From Candidatus Kaiserbacteria bacterium (GTDB lineage: Bacteria > Patescibacteriota > Minisyncoccia > Phycocordibacterales > UBA2100), in the NCBI GenBank assembly GCA_027082835.1, contig JALWTP010000040.1:1-37478 (forward strand): a stretch of DNA of 37,478 nucleotides, in the 5' to 3' direction. The notes beneath the pieces were generated by a model, which saw nothing but the letters and a program-made list of their open reading frames with translations, had not been told where the DNA came from and did no database searches. This document shows, piece by piece, positions 1-8,741 of this stretch; positions within the stretch are counted from its first letter, which is position 1, and the number at the start of each line of letters is the position of its first letter. The position numbers and the translations under genes are program-made.

Positions 1-5
1 ACCTT

Positions 6-353
6 ATGCTAGAAGGTGTAGTTATACTTACTCAGCGTAAGTTCATCATGAATGTGGTTGTAGATATGAGCAATCACAAAGCGATGACCTATGGATTTGG
101 TGCGATGATGACCATTTTGGGTCTTCTTATCGTATTGAATCACAATGTGTGGGAATCAACATGGCGTGTTATTCCAACTTTGATTGGATGGGCAATGCTC
201 GTAAAGGGTGTAATGCTTGTTTTTGCGCCTCGCACATTGATGCGACATGCACGAAAAGTCGCTCGCAATAGAAATATGGCAATGCTTGGTGGTATTGTCG
301 CTCTTGCAGTGGGTGCATACCTCGCATATGTAGGATTCGCTATCGGTGCGTAA
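6..353 (+). CDS. small integral membrane protein, function unknown (frame is open to the left window edge; start may be M1 at 6 or M15 at 48)
   Basis: 115-aa ORF with three hydrophobic spans (GFGAMMTILGLLIVL, VIPTLIGWAMLVKGVMLVF, LGGIVALAVGAYLAYVGF). A hairpin terminator follows. Confidence 0.5.
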   Translation: MLEGVVILTQRKFIMNVVVDMSNHKAMTYGFGAMMTILGLLIVLNHNVWESTWRVIPTLIGWAMLVKGVMLVFAPRTLMRHARKVARNRNMAMLGGIVALAVGAYLAYVGFAIGA

Positions 354-374
354 TATTGCGCACTGTACAAACAA

Positions 375-406
375 AACACACCGCTTGTGCACAAGTGGTG
401 TGTTTT
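375..406 (+). terminator. rho-independent terminator candidate
   Basis: Inverted repeat AACACACCGCTTGTG/CACAAGTGGTGTGTT followed by TTTT. Confidence 0.55.
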
Positions 407-431
407 GCGTAATGTATAGTATACTTTACAT

Positions 432-1370
432 ATGAAATACATCTACGGAGGCATTGTGCTGATTGTAGGACTGCTTGGCGTGGTAGTATTCATAATAATG
501 CAACCAACAAAAGAAAACATGCCCATGGACGAAAATGCACAACTACGAAGTATTCCTGAGAGCGAGATACTCTCAGGCGGACCTGCAAAAGATGGAATAC
601 CGTCTATAGATAATCCGCAGTTTGTCTCTGCAAAAGAGACAACCTTCATTACACCTGATGAGTTTGGAATTGGTCTCGCGGTAGGTAATGAGACGAAGTT
701 TTACCCGTTTAAAATATTGGTATGGCATGAAATAGTGAACGACTCCATCGCAGGAGTGCCCGTTGCGGTTACCTACTGTCCACTGTGTCGTACCGGCGTG
801 GTATACAAACGAACGGTGGAAGGGCGTGAAGTAGAGTTTGGTGTGTCAGGGAAGTTGTGGAAGTCTAACCTTCTTATGTACAACCGTGGCGAAAAAGAAT
901 CACTTTGGTCGCAGGTGTTGGGTGAGGCAGTTGTCGGTCCGTACACCGGGCAAAAGTTAGAGATAGTATCGTCCGATACTGTCACATTTGGCAACTGGAA
1001 AAAAGAGCATCCAAACACTCTCGTTCTCTCTGAAGACACCGGCGTCTCGCGTCCATACGGGAGAGATCCATATGGTGACTACTACACCAGCGAGGAAGTT
1101 TCCTTTGGGGCAGAGTTTAATGATACTCGCTTGCACCCCAAGGCGTATGTTGTTGGTATCCATATTGGGGATGTATATAAAGCATACCCGACCGATACAC
1201 TGCCCACAGGTGAGACGAAAGATACCGTCGGTGGCAAAGATATCATTATTAACAAAACTAACTCAGGAGAAATCCGTATAACTTCAAACAATAATGAGGT
1301 AAAACACATTGGAGGATTTTGGTTCTCGTGGCTTGCGGTACATCCGAACACATTACTATGGGAAAAATAA
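432..1370 (+). CDS. DUF3179-family protein with N-terminal membrane anchor
   Basis: 312-aa ORF with an N-terminal TM helix. The GGPAKDGIPSIDNPQF motif and a later CPLC motif match my recollection of DUF3179. Confidence 0.6.
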   Translation: MKYIYGGIVLIVGLLGVVVFIIMQPTKENMPMDENAQLRSIPESEILSGGPAKDGIPSIDNPQFVSAKETTFITPDEFGIGLAVGNETKFYPFKILVWHEIVNDSIAGVPVAVTYCPLCRTGVVYKRTVEGREVEFGVSGKLWKSNLLMYNRGEKESLWSQVLGEAVVGPYTGQKLEIVSSDTVTFGNWKKEHPNTLVLSEDTGVSRPYGRDPYGDYYTSEEVSFGAEFNDTRLHPKAYVVGIHIGDVYKAYPTDTLPTGETKDTVGGKDIIINKTNSGEIRITSNNNEVKHIGGFWFSWLAVHPNTLLWEK

Positions 1371-1957
1371 TAACACTTACAGTAGTCGGCGTAGCAATAG
1401 TCGGTGCAATAGTATGGCTGGAAAAACCGGTAGCGATATCGGAGTGCCACAATAAAAATGTAGCGAATATTTTTGACCTTTCTTTCTCTGATAAAAAAGG
1501 AGTGTGTCATAAAATACAAGAATACAAAGCACCGGTAACTGTAGTGAATTCGTGGGCAAGTTGGTGTCCGTTTTGTGTTGAAGAATTGCCCAATTTGGAA
1601 AAACTCGCACGAGAATATCCAAATATTTCAGTTGTAGCTATAAATAGGGGTGAAGATCCACAAAAGGCAATAGCATTTACGAAAGAGAAAAAGATTGGTG
1701 CAGCATCGCATACACTATTTGATCCGGAAGACTATTTTTATAAATACATAAAAGGATTTGGAATGCCCGAGACAGTCTTTTTGGGAGAAAAAGGAGAAAT
1801 ACTCTTCCATAAACGAGGAGTTATGTCGTATGATGAAATGACACAAACGATACAAATGCTCCTCTCAAAAGTGCAACCGGCAACTGCAACAGAGTCGTCA
1901 TCGGTGTGTTTGGGCAACAATGGTGTCTGTGGCAGTGTGGAGCATAAAACAAAATAA
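1358..1957 (+). CDS. TlpA/ResA-like thioredoxin-fold thiol:disulfide oxidoreductase, membrane anchored
   Basis: WCPFC active-site motif (SWASWCPFCVEELPNL) and an N-terminal TM helix. The ATG at 1358 overlaps the upstream stop (ATGGGAAAAATAA). The track ORF start at 1319 lies inside the upstream gene. Confidence 0.75.
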   Translation: MGKIITLTVVGVAIVGAIVWLEKPVAISECHNKNVANIFDLSFSDKKGVCHKIQEYKAPVTVVNSWASWCPFCVEELPNLEKLAREYPNISVVAINRGEDPQKAIAFTKEKKIGAASHTLFDPEDYFYKYIKGFGMPETVFLGEKGEILFHKRGVMSYDEMTQTIQMLLSKVQPATATESSSVCLGNNGVCGSVEHKTK

Positions 1958-1985
1958 AATATAGCGATTAATCGCTATATTTTAT
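1956..1985 (+). terminator. rho-independent terminator candidate
   Basis: AAAATATAGCGA-TTAA-TCGCTATATTTT, a perfect inverted repeat with a T run. Confidence 0.6.
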
Positions 1986-2044
1986 GAACATTGAAGCGTT
2001 GCAAAAGTGCAAAAGGGAGTGAGATTGGATATTGCCATAGAGTA

Positions 2045-2072
2045 TTGACTTTTGATAAAAAACAAGTATAGT
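2045..2072 (+). promoter_or_regulatory. sigma70-like promoter candidate for secE-nusG-rplK
   Basis: TTGACT (2045-2050), 16-nt spacer, TATAGT (2067-2072). Confidence 0.4.
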
Positions 2073-2120
2073 AACGCCATATCGCCCGAGAGGCGTTTTA
2101 ATTTTGGTAGAATATATACT

Positions 2121-2303
2121 ATGAAAAGATTTATTCAGTATCTACGAGATACTAAAAACGAGCTTAGCCATGTATCATGGCCAACGCAAAGACAAACAAT
2201 AGTGTTTACTATTCTTGTACTCATTATTTCATTTGCGACAGCTCTGTATTTGGGAGCATTAGACTATACTTTTAGCTCCGTACTTAACTACATCGTTAAA
2301 TAA
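2121..2303 (+). CDS. secE: preprotein translocase subunit SecE
   Basis: 60-aa single-TM protein (YLRDTKNELSHVSWPTQRQT then a TM helix) immediately upstream of nusG, the conserved position. The start is taken at the internal ATG at 2121 of the track ORF. Confidence 0.8.
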   Translation: MKRFIQYLRDTKNELSHVSWPTQRQTIVFTILVLIISFATALYLGALDYTFSSVLNYIVK

Positions 2304-2309
2304 TTATCT

Positions 2310-2855
2310 ATGGCAAAACAAACAGGAGATCAACAAAAACATTGGTATGTTATTCATACCTACTCAGGATACGAAGAAGCGGTTGCTCGCAACCTAAAAC
2401 AGCGTATTGCATCTATGAATATGCAAGACCAGATTTTTGATGTTATCGTACCGACCGAAAAGAAAGTAAGCGTAAAGGGCGGAAAGCGTGTGGAAGCAAA
2501 CGAAAAGATATATCCGGGATATGTATTGGTAAATATGATTGTAAATGACGAATCATGGTTTGTGGTTCGCAACACTCCTCGTGTTACCGGGTTCGTTGGA
2601 GCGGGCACACAGCCGGTTCCTGTTGAGGAGAGCGAGGTAGACGCACTCTTTAAACGAATGAATTCTGATACCGCAAAACACAAGATTGAACTTAGCATTG
2701 ATGATGCGGTGATTATCGCAGATGGTCCATTTAAAGATCTTGAAGGTAAAGTGGGAGAGATAGATGAAGAACGAGGAAAGGTGAAGGTTATGGTCCCTAT
2801 GTTTGGACGAGAAACACCGGTAGAATTGGACTTTTTGCAGGTAAAATCAATTTAA
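2310..2855 (+). CDS. nusG: transcription termination/antitermination factor NusG
   Basis: The HWYVIHTYSGYE N-terminal NGN motif and a C-terminal KOW region (GPFKDLEGKVGEID) are present. Synteny secE-nusG-rplK. Confidence 0.95.
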   Translation: MAKQTGDQQKHWYVIHTYSGYEEAVARNLKQRIASMNMQDQIFDVIVPTEKKVSVKGGKRVEANEKIYPGYVLVNMIVNDESWFVVRNTPRVTGFVGAGTQPVPVEESEVDALFKRMNSDTAKHKIELSIDDAVIIADGPFKDLEGKVGEIDEERGKVKVMVPMFGRETPVELDFLQVKSI

Positions 2856-2906
2856 AAGAGAGAAAGCATAGACTTTTGTTAAAAAATAAGTAATATACGC
2901 ATCATT

Positions 2907-3329
2907 ATGGCAAAAAAAGTAGAGAGACAATTAAAGCTTCAAGTTCCCGCGGGAAAGGCAACACCGGCACCGCCACTTGGTCCGGCGCTTGGACAGGCTG
3001 GTATAAACATCGGAGAATTCGTTAACCAATTTAACGACCGTACTCGCGAGATGATGGGAGACATCATCCCCGTTGTTATCAGTGTATACGACGACCGGAG
3101 CTTTGACTTTGTATTAAAGACACCTCCAGCATCAAGCTTACTGCTTAAAGCAATTGGAGCAAAAAGCGGATCAGGAAAAAATGTTACCAAAAAAGTAGGA
3201 AAGGTAACCCAAAAACAATTGGAAGACATCGCAACACAAAAAATGGAAGATCTCAGTGCAAACGATGTAAAAGCAGGAGCAAAAATAATCGCAGGAACTG
3301 CTCGCTCAATGGGAATTGAGGTTGAGTAA
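2907..3329 (+). CDS. rplK: 50S ribosomal protein L11
   Basis: [34 protein letters not shown] is the canonical L11 N-terminal signature. Confidence 0.95.
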   Translation: MAKKVERQLKLQVPAGKATPAPPLGPALGQAGINIGEFVNQFNDRTREMMGDIIPVVISVYDDRSFDFVLKTPPASSLLLKAIGAKSGSGKNVTKKVGKVTQKQLEDIATQKMEDLSANDVKAGAKIIAGTARSMGIEVE

Positions 3330-3348
3330 TTGAAACTACTACACTAAA

Positions 3349-3394
3349 ATAGTCAAACAAAAATGCCTCAAAAGAGGCATTTTTGTTTGACTAT
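3349..3394 (+). terminator. strong hairpin terminator after rplK
   Basis: 21-bp perfect stem ATAGTCAAACAAAAATGCCTC / GAGGCATTTTTGTTTGACTAT with an AAAA loop. The T run lies within and after the 3' arm. Confidence 0.7.
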
Positions 3395-3444
3395 TTGTAT
3401 AAGAGTATGGTTTAATCGTGGCCGGACAAACAAAGGAGGACTAC

Positions 3445-3963
3445 ATGAACATTCTTACAACGCTGTATTCGCCACTTCCCATTGACATCAATAAATCAGT
3501 TGGGTATGCGTATCTTCTGATGGATATGGTGGTGAATCACATTGCTTCCTCTTATGGGACAAACAAAACAGGTGGATACCAATATATTCAAGGACGAGAC
3601 GGATCTTGTTTACTGTTGCGAAAAGTGGGGTATATACCCACTGAGGCAGATGAGAAGAAATATAAGGGCTTTGCGCTTGAAAAAGGGCAAAGGCTTCGTT
3701 CTCATCCGGAACACACTCTGAGCTTTCAACCCATGGATGTGGCACAAAAGAAATACCAAGGTGCGGTGCGGATGGAAAACGGATGGATCCATTCATTTTC
3801 CGGATTCTCTCCAAATAACGACGAGGCAATCGCAATGGCGGTCGGTGTCCGTATGGGGTGGTCTTCTTTGGAGTATGCCTGCAAAGTGATGCACATATCT
3901 CAAAACGAAAAAAGCTTTTGGAAAATGCACAAACTGTCTAAGTTAGTAACCCAAGATAAGTGA
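3445..3963 (+). CDS. hypothetical protein (172 aa), no family recognised
   Basis: AAGGAGG (3433-3439) lies 5 nt before the ATG at 3445. The track ORF begins at an upstream GTG at 3418. It occupies the position where rplA is normally found. Confidence 0.6.
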   Translation: MNILTTLYSPLPIDINKSVGYAYLLMDMVVNHIASSYGTNKTGGYQYIQGRDGSCLLLRKVGYIPTEADEKKYKGFALEKGQRLRSHPEHTLSFQPMDVAQKKYQGAVRMENGWIHSFSGFSPNNDEAIAMAVGVRMGWSSLEYACKVMHISQNEKSFWKMHKLSKLVTQDK

Positions 3964-3975
3964 TGCATTAGACCA

Positions 3976-4017
3976 GAAAAAACGGGCGGAGGTTTTACAC
4001 CTCCGCCCGTTCTCTTT
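3976..4017. terminator. bidirectional terminator between convergent genes
   Basis: ACGGGCGGAGG-ttttaca-CCTCCGCCCGT flanked by an A run on the left and a T run on the right. Confidence 0.7.
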
Positions 4018-5364
4018 TTATTTGAGCACAATGTCGTGTTCACCACGCCTTGTATCAAACCGATCAGGTTCGTCGTCAAGGTGAAGAACCAATCCTGCCG
4101 CCTCAAACTTCGTTTGAAGTGCACCGGCAATTTGAATAGCACGCTCGCGCAGTGTCGGATGGACAAAGCGTGTTGCACGCAATTCTGCCAAATACACAAG
4201 CGCCGGCAGTGTTCCCGTCACGCGATTACTCGTGAGATACCCCATCGCAATGTAGTATTGCGCTATTTCCACACTTGCGTTCAATTCAGCAATAGCGTCT
4301 TCTTGCACTGCGACAAGTGACCTTACTTCTTTACGCACATCCTCGGGGAGCTCATTGAGATACCAAGGATGGAAACCGAACTTGGTTGTGAGAAGTGGCA
4401 TCCGTTGAGTAACAGCGCGATGTCGCTGAATATCACGGAACGAGCCGAAGTCCAACAAGAATTCAAACTGTGCCATACCGGCTTCAGCAAGCCATTTGGG
4501 CAGCTCAGTTTTTGCAGGACGCCGTTTCAAGAGAGAATATAGCAGCTCTGAGACATCTATATCACAACGCATCATCGCAAACTCTGGCGCATACTCATTG
4601 TGATAATAGTACTCATCCATAGCAAAAGAGGAGTAGTCCTCGGTTGCTTCATATCGTTTGTGGTCAAACGAATTTGGGTGAGCCTGCTTAAGTGCCTCTT
4701 CTATTGCGTGTGCTACACGACGCACCTCCAAAAGAGGGTGGTGGTGCAGTGTTTGCAACTTATCCGCAGCTTGGCGCAGGTTCGTATGCCATGCGAGGTT
4801 CGTTGTGGCACCTGCCGGCAAGAATCCACGAAGGATATCAAACGCTCGTGCGTTGATTGCCTTCTCGTAGATCGCCTCTTCTTCACCATCTTGACGAGGA
4901 AAGCGTTTTTTGAGCGCTTTGCGTACTTTTGGCATAGAAGTGCTATAAAAAGTACGCCACCGTTCGAGGATTTCGTCCCCCAAGTCTTTTTCAGTAGGGT
5001 TCTTGAACGGCAAATGCTCAAAATCCACATAGCGTGTGGACGACTCCTGTCCCGAGTACAGCGGCCAATCTTGAATTGCCTTTGCCACCAACATAGACAC
5101 GCCTTCAACGAAAATAGTGGTAGTACCACAGTCTCCGATTGATTTGTGTCCATAGCCAACATAGAAGTTTTTCATAAAGTTTTCAGCGCCGCGTTTTTCA
5201 AGCACTTTCAAATGACCCTCAAGGCCTTTCGTGGATCGGGAATGCAGTGCTTGGAGCATTGCTTCTGCTTCGGGGTTGATGATAGCACCGGTGTTGAGCA
5301 CGATGATATGCCCGCCACCTTGAATGTCCACTTTTGTGTGATTCAGATTTTTCAGGGTTTTCAT
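4018..5364 (-). CDS. thyX: long (448 aa) two-domain ThyX-like FAD-dependent thymidylate synthase
   Basis: The N-half has GHKSIGDCG...EGVSMLVAKAIQDWPLYSGQESSTRY, which matches the S-x-QES-x-RY part of the ThyX motif. The C-half has FRDIQRHRAVTQRMP, which matches the RHR part. The gene is divergent from dcd-tmk. Confidence 0.6.
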   Translation of the reverse strand: MKTLKNLNHTKVDIQGGGHIIVLNTGAIINPEAEAMLQALHSRSTKGLEGHLKVLEKRGAENFMKNFYVGYGHKSIGDCGTTTIFVEGVSMLVAKAIQDWPLYSGQESSTRYVDFEHLPFKNPTEKDLGDEILERWRTFYSTSMPKVRKALKKRFPRQDGEEEAIYEKAINARAFDILRGFLPAGATTNLAWHTNLRQAADKLQTLHHHPLLEVRRVAHAIEEALKQAHPNSFDHKRYEATEDYSSFAMDEYYYHNEYAPEFAMMRCDIDVSELLYSLLKRRPAKTELPKWLAEAGMAQFEFLLDFGSFRDIQRHRAVTQRMPLLTTKFGFHPWYLNELPEDVRKEVRSLVAVQEDAIAELNASVEIAQYYIAMGYLTSNRVTGTLPALVYLAELRATRFVHPTLRERAIQIAGALQTKFEAAGLVLHLDDEPDRFDTRRGEHDIVLK

Positions 5365-5462
5365 AGCAGTTCCTTTCTGATGATGGGTTAGGTGTCATTG
5401 TGTTTACAATGAGCAAGTTTCTACGGTGATACTACATTCAATAAGACCTGCGTGCAACAATT

Positions 5463-5471
5463 TGCTATACT
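5463..5471 (+). promoter_or_regulatory. extended -10 element (TGcTATACT) ending 6 nt before the dcd ATG
   Basis: TG at 5463-5464 and TATACT at 5466-5471. ATG at 5478. No SD in between. Confidence 0.35.
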
Positions 5472-5477
5472 TACACT

Positions 5478-6014
5478 ATGATTCTTTCAGATTCCAAAAT
5501 ACTTGCATATGTAGAGAGTAAAGATATCGTCATAGAGCCGTGGGACAAAGAAAAACTCGGAAGCAATTCATACGATGTACATCTCTCAAAACACCTCGCT
5601 ACCTATACAGACGAAGTGCTTGATGCTAAAAAACACAACACACTTGAACATTTTATTATTCCCGATGAAGGTATTGTATTGCAACCGGGTGAATTGTATC
5701 TGGGAAGCACTCTAGAATATACAGAAACGCACAAACATGTTCCCTTTCTTGAAGGTAAATCCAGTACAGGGCGATTGGGAATTGATATACACGCGACAGC
5801 TGGTAAGGGGGATGTTGGTTTTTGTGGTTACTGGACACTAGAAATATCGGTAAGCAAGCCGGTGCGGGTATATGCGGGGATGCCGATAGGGCAACTCATA
5901 TATTATTCTGTAGAAGGAGAAACTATAAATCCGTACAATAAAAAAGCGTCTGCAAAATATGCAGGTCAACAAGCACTTCCGAAAGAATCTATGATGTGGA
6001 AGAATGATTTTTAA
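5478..6014 (+). CDS. dcd: dCTP deaminase (possibly bifunctional dCTP deaminase/dUTPase)
   Basis: MILSD..I start, the NSYDVHL segment and the GKSSTGRLGI motif are typical of the Dcd/Dut beta-barrel family. Confidence 0.9.
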   Translation: MILSDSKILAYVESKDIVIEPWDKEKLGSNSYDVHLSKHLATYTDEVLDAKKHNTLEHFIIPDEGIVLQPGELYLGSTLEYTETHKHVPFLEGKSSTGRLGIDIHATAGKGDVGFCGYWTLEISVSKPVRVYAGMPIGQLIYYSVEGETINPYNKKASAKYAGQQALPKESMMWKNDF

Positions 6015-6028
6015 TATAATTAGTGCGT

Positions 6029-6658
6029 ATGACTTCAAAAAAAGGAACATTTATCGTAATAGACGGAGGAGACGGATCGGGAACGACAACCGTCTCTAAA
6101 GAAATAGTGAAGGCAATTGGCTGGGGAGCAGTATATACACGCGAGCCGGGCGGTTCGCCGTATGCAGAGAAAATACGCGACCTCATACTTTCAGATGACG
6201 CAAAAATGACCGATGCAGAAACGCAGTTTGCGCTTTTCTGGGCGGCACGCCGAGATCATATACGCAAAGTAATTGAACCGGCACTTGCCGAAGGGAAAGT
6301 GGTTATCTGTGATCGGTTTGATTCGTCTACCTATGCGTATCAAATAGTCGCACACGGACAAAATCAGCTTGCTGATTTGTTTTGGCAGGTTCGTGATACA
6401 TTTTTAGGAGAGTGCGTTCCTGATGCATATATATTATTAGATGTTGATCCTGAAGTGGGTATTGCGCGAGCGCATTCTCGTGGAGAAAAACTCAATCACT
6501 TGGATAAAAAGAAATTAGACTTCCATAAGGGTGTAGCAAAAGGATTGCACGAGTTCATTACGAACAAAGTAGATGGCGGTATAGTAATAGATGCATCACA
6601 GTCACTGGAGAGTGTGATACAAGAAACCCTCAATAAAGTAAAAGAAATAGCACAGTAA
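6029..6658 (+). CDS. tmk: thymidylate kinase
   Basis: P-loop FIVIDGGDGSGTTT, TREPGGSP, and a DRF motif (CDRFDSSTYAYQ). An alternative GTG start exists at 6023. Confidence 0.9.
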   Translation: MTSKKGTFIVIDGGDGSGTTTVSKEIVKAIGWGAVYTREPGGSPYAEKIRDLILSDDAKMTDAETQFALFWAARRDHIRKVIEPALAEGKVVICDRFDSSTYAYQIVAHGQNQLADLFWQVRDTFLGECVPDAYILLDVDPEVGIARAHSRGEKLNHLDKKKLDFHKGVAKGLHEFITNKVDGGIVIDASQSLESVIQETLNKVKEIAQ

Positions 6659-6659
6659 T

Positions 6660-6992
6660 ATGGAATTAAACGAATATCAAAAACAGGCTTCGGCAACCGC
6701 GCAATTTGATGAGAAAGTGATTGATCCGCTGGTATATACCACACTGGGACTTGCAGGAGAGACGGGAGAAGTGGTGGAGAAAATAAAAAAGATATTACGC
6801 AATGATAAAGGGGTTATTTCTGCAGAGAAAAAAGAGGAACTCACCAAGGAATTAGGAGATGTATTGTGGTATCTTTCTCAGGTGGCGAGAATGCTGGATG
6901 TTTCAATGAATGATGTGGCAGTTAAAAATATAGAAAAATTGGCAAGCAGACAAAAACGAGGGGTCATAAAAAGCGAAGGAGATAATAGATAA
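6660..6992 (+). CDS. small MazG-like nucleoside triphosphate pyrophosphohydrolase
   Basis: 110 aa. The E-x-x-E and E-x-x-D metal motifs are present (LAGETGEVVEKIKK, ELGDVLWYL). The start overlaps the tmk stop region. Confidence 0.8.
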   Translation: MELNEYQKQASATAQFDEKVIDPLVYTTLGLAGETGEVVEKIKKILRNDKGVISAEKKEELTKELGDVLWYLSQVARMLDVSMNDVAVKNIEKLASRQKRGVIKSEGDNR

Positions 6993-6993
6993 T

Positions 6994-8658
6994 ATGATAC
7001 ACAACGATATACAAAAACTGATACAAGACGCACTTGAAACCTTAGATCTTCACACAGAAGTAGTGTTGGAACATCCGAGCGATTTAGAGCATGGAGACTT
7101 TTCATCTAATGTGGCTATGGTACTCGCAAAAGAGGCGGGACAAAATCCGAGAGAGCTGGCAGAAAAAATTGTTTCAGCTATTAAACCAAATGAATATGTA
7201 GAAAAGACAGAAGTAGCCGGTGCCGGATTTATAAACTTCTATCTGTCTGAGCAGTTCTTTACACAGAAAACACATACAATCTTACAAAAGGCAGAAAAGT
7301 GGGGAGCGAGCGATATCTATAAAGGGCAAACTATTTTAATTGAGCACAGTTCTCCAAATCTTTTCAAACCATTTCATATAGGACACTTGGTCAATAACTC
7401 TCTGGGGGAGGCACTGGTGCGTATTATTTCGTTTTCAGGTGCAGATGTTATTCCACTTTCATTCCCGTCCGATGTATCGCCGGGGATTGCCAAGGCAGTA
7501 TGGGCTATTTTAGATAAAAATTGGCAAGACGAACTTACCATTGAGCGAATTGGAGAGGCATATGTACACGGGGTAGCAGAGTATGAAAATCATAAAGAGG
7601 AAATAGACGCAATAAATACATCGCTCTACAACAAAGAAGAAAATACACCACAGTGGGAGGTGTATACAAAAGGACGCGCACTCTCGGAAAAATACTTTCT
7701 TGATATAACCAAGCGACTCGGCTCACATTTTGATGCGTTTATATTTGAATCAGAATCAGAAGCGCAGGGGAAGCGTATAGTGAAAGAAAACACACCGAAG
7801 GTCTTTCAAGAATCAGATGGAGCGATTATTTTCAAAGGCTCCGAGTACGGTCTTTTTGACAATGTGTTTATAAACTCGGCAGGATTTGGAACCTATTTGG
7901 CAAAAGATTTAGGATTGCTAAGTTTAAAATTTACGAAATATACTTTTGACGCATCTGTGACGGTTACCGATATAGAACAAAAACAACACTTCCAATTGGT
8001 AAAGAAAGCAGCATCTTTGATAGAGCCGCAATGGGCGGAAAAGTCTGAGTATATTCAACATGGGCGTTTGGCACTTACGAGTGGAAAGATTTCGTCTCGC
8101 GATGGCGGGGTGCCACTAGCAGAAGACATCATTGACTCTGTAAAAGAACGAGCTCTTGTACGAATGCGCGAAAGCGATAGAGGCGAAAATGAAGAAACAG
8201 CGGAGAGTATTGCGCTTTCGGCTATAAAATATGCCATTGTACGCGTAGGAATGGGAAAAAACATAATCTTTGATTTAGAACAGTCCCTTGCGCTTGAAGG
8301 GGATACCGGTCCGTACTTGCAATATACCTATGCACGAGCGAACTCACTTCTTGAAAAAGGGAATGCAGATACAGTCGCACAAGTATATGATCGCGCAGGA
8401 CTCGCAATAACCGACATAGAAAGATTGCTCTATCGTTTCCCAAGTGTTGTAGAACGAGCCGCACAAGAATACGAACCGCACTATATTGCAAACTACCTTG
8501 CAGAACTCGCAAGTGTATACAACACTTGGTACGCACACGAACAAGTATTGGATGGAGGGGAGACACAAAAATATAAACTTGCACTCACACACGCCGTTGC
8601 CCAAACCCTTAAAAACGGATTGCAATTACTGAGTATAGATACTCCTGCACAAATGTAA
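6994..8658 (+). CDS. argS: arginine--tRNA ligase
   Basis: Class I HIGH motif in SSPNLFKPFHIGHL. Length and C-terminal anticodon-binding region (YLQYTYAR) are typical of ArgRS. Confidence 0.95.
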   Translation: MIHNDIQKLIQDALETLDLHTEVVLEHPSDLEHGDFSSNVAMVLAKEAGQNPRELAEKIVSAIKPNEYVEKTEVAGAGFINFYLSEQFFTQKTHTILQKAEKWGASDIYKGQTILIEHSSPNLFKPFHIGHLVNNSLGEALVRIISFSGADVIPLSFPSDVSPGIAKAVWAILDKNWQDELTIERIGEAYVHGVAEYENHKEEIDAINTSLYNKEENTPQWEVYTKGRALSEKYFLDITKRLGSHFDAFIFESESEAQGKRIVKENTPKVFQESDGAIIFKGSEYGLFDNVFINSAGFGTYLAKDLGLLSLKFTKYTFDASVTVTDIEQKQHFQLVKKAASLIEPQWAEKSEYIQHGRLALTSGKISSRDGGVPLAEDIIDSVKERALVRMRESDRGENEETAESIALSAIKYAIVRVGMGKNIIFDLEQSLALEGDTGPYLQYTYARANSLLEKGNADTVAQVYDRAGLAITDIERLLYRFPSVVERAAQEYEPHYIANYLAELASVYNTWYAHEQVLDGGETQKYKLALTHAVAQTLKNGLQLLSIDTPAQM

Positions 8659-8741
8659 TTTTTATAAAAGTGTATAAATGAAAATAATTTGTCATTAAGA
8701 TGTATAGTATAAGTATGTCACTTATGCGCAGGAGAAATAAA

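Noticed and set aside
2073-2104. Small hairpin CGCC-cgaga-GGCG followed by TTTTAATTTT in the secE leader (possible attenuator)
   Set aside because: The stem is only 4-6 bp and partly overlaps the predicted transcription start. That is too weak to call.
3445-3963. Possible GlcG/DUF336-like heme-binding fold for the 172-aa protein (SFSGFSPNNDEAIAMAVGV resembles G-x-S-G…D-E-x-x-A)
   Set aside because: The resemblance rests on one short segment recalled from memory. It is not enough for an annotation, so the gene is left as hypothetical.
4600-5162. 180-aa plus-strand ORF and 149-aa alternative-frame minus-strand ORF inside thyX
   Set aside because: Both overlap the ThyX-like gene, which has recognisable motifs. 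The products are Cys/Arg-rich and implausible.
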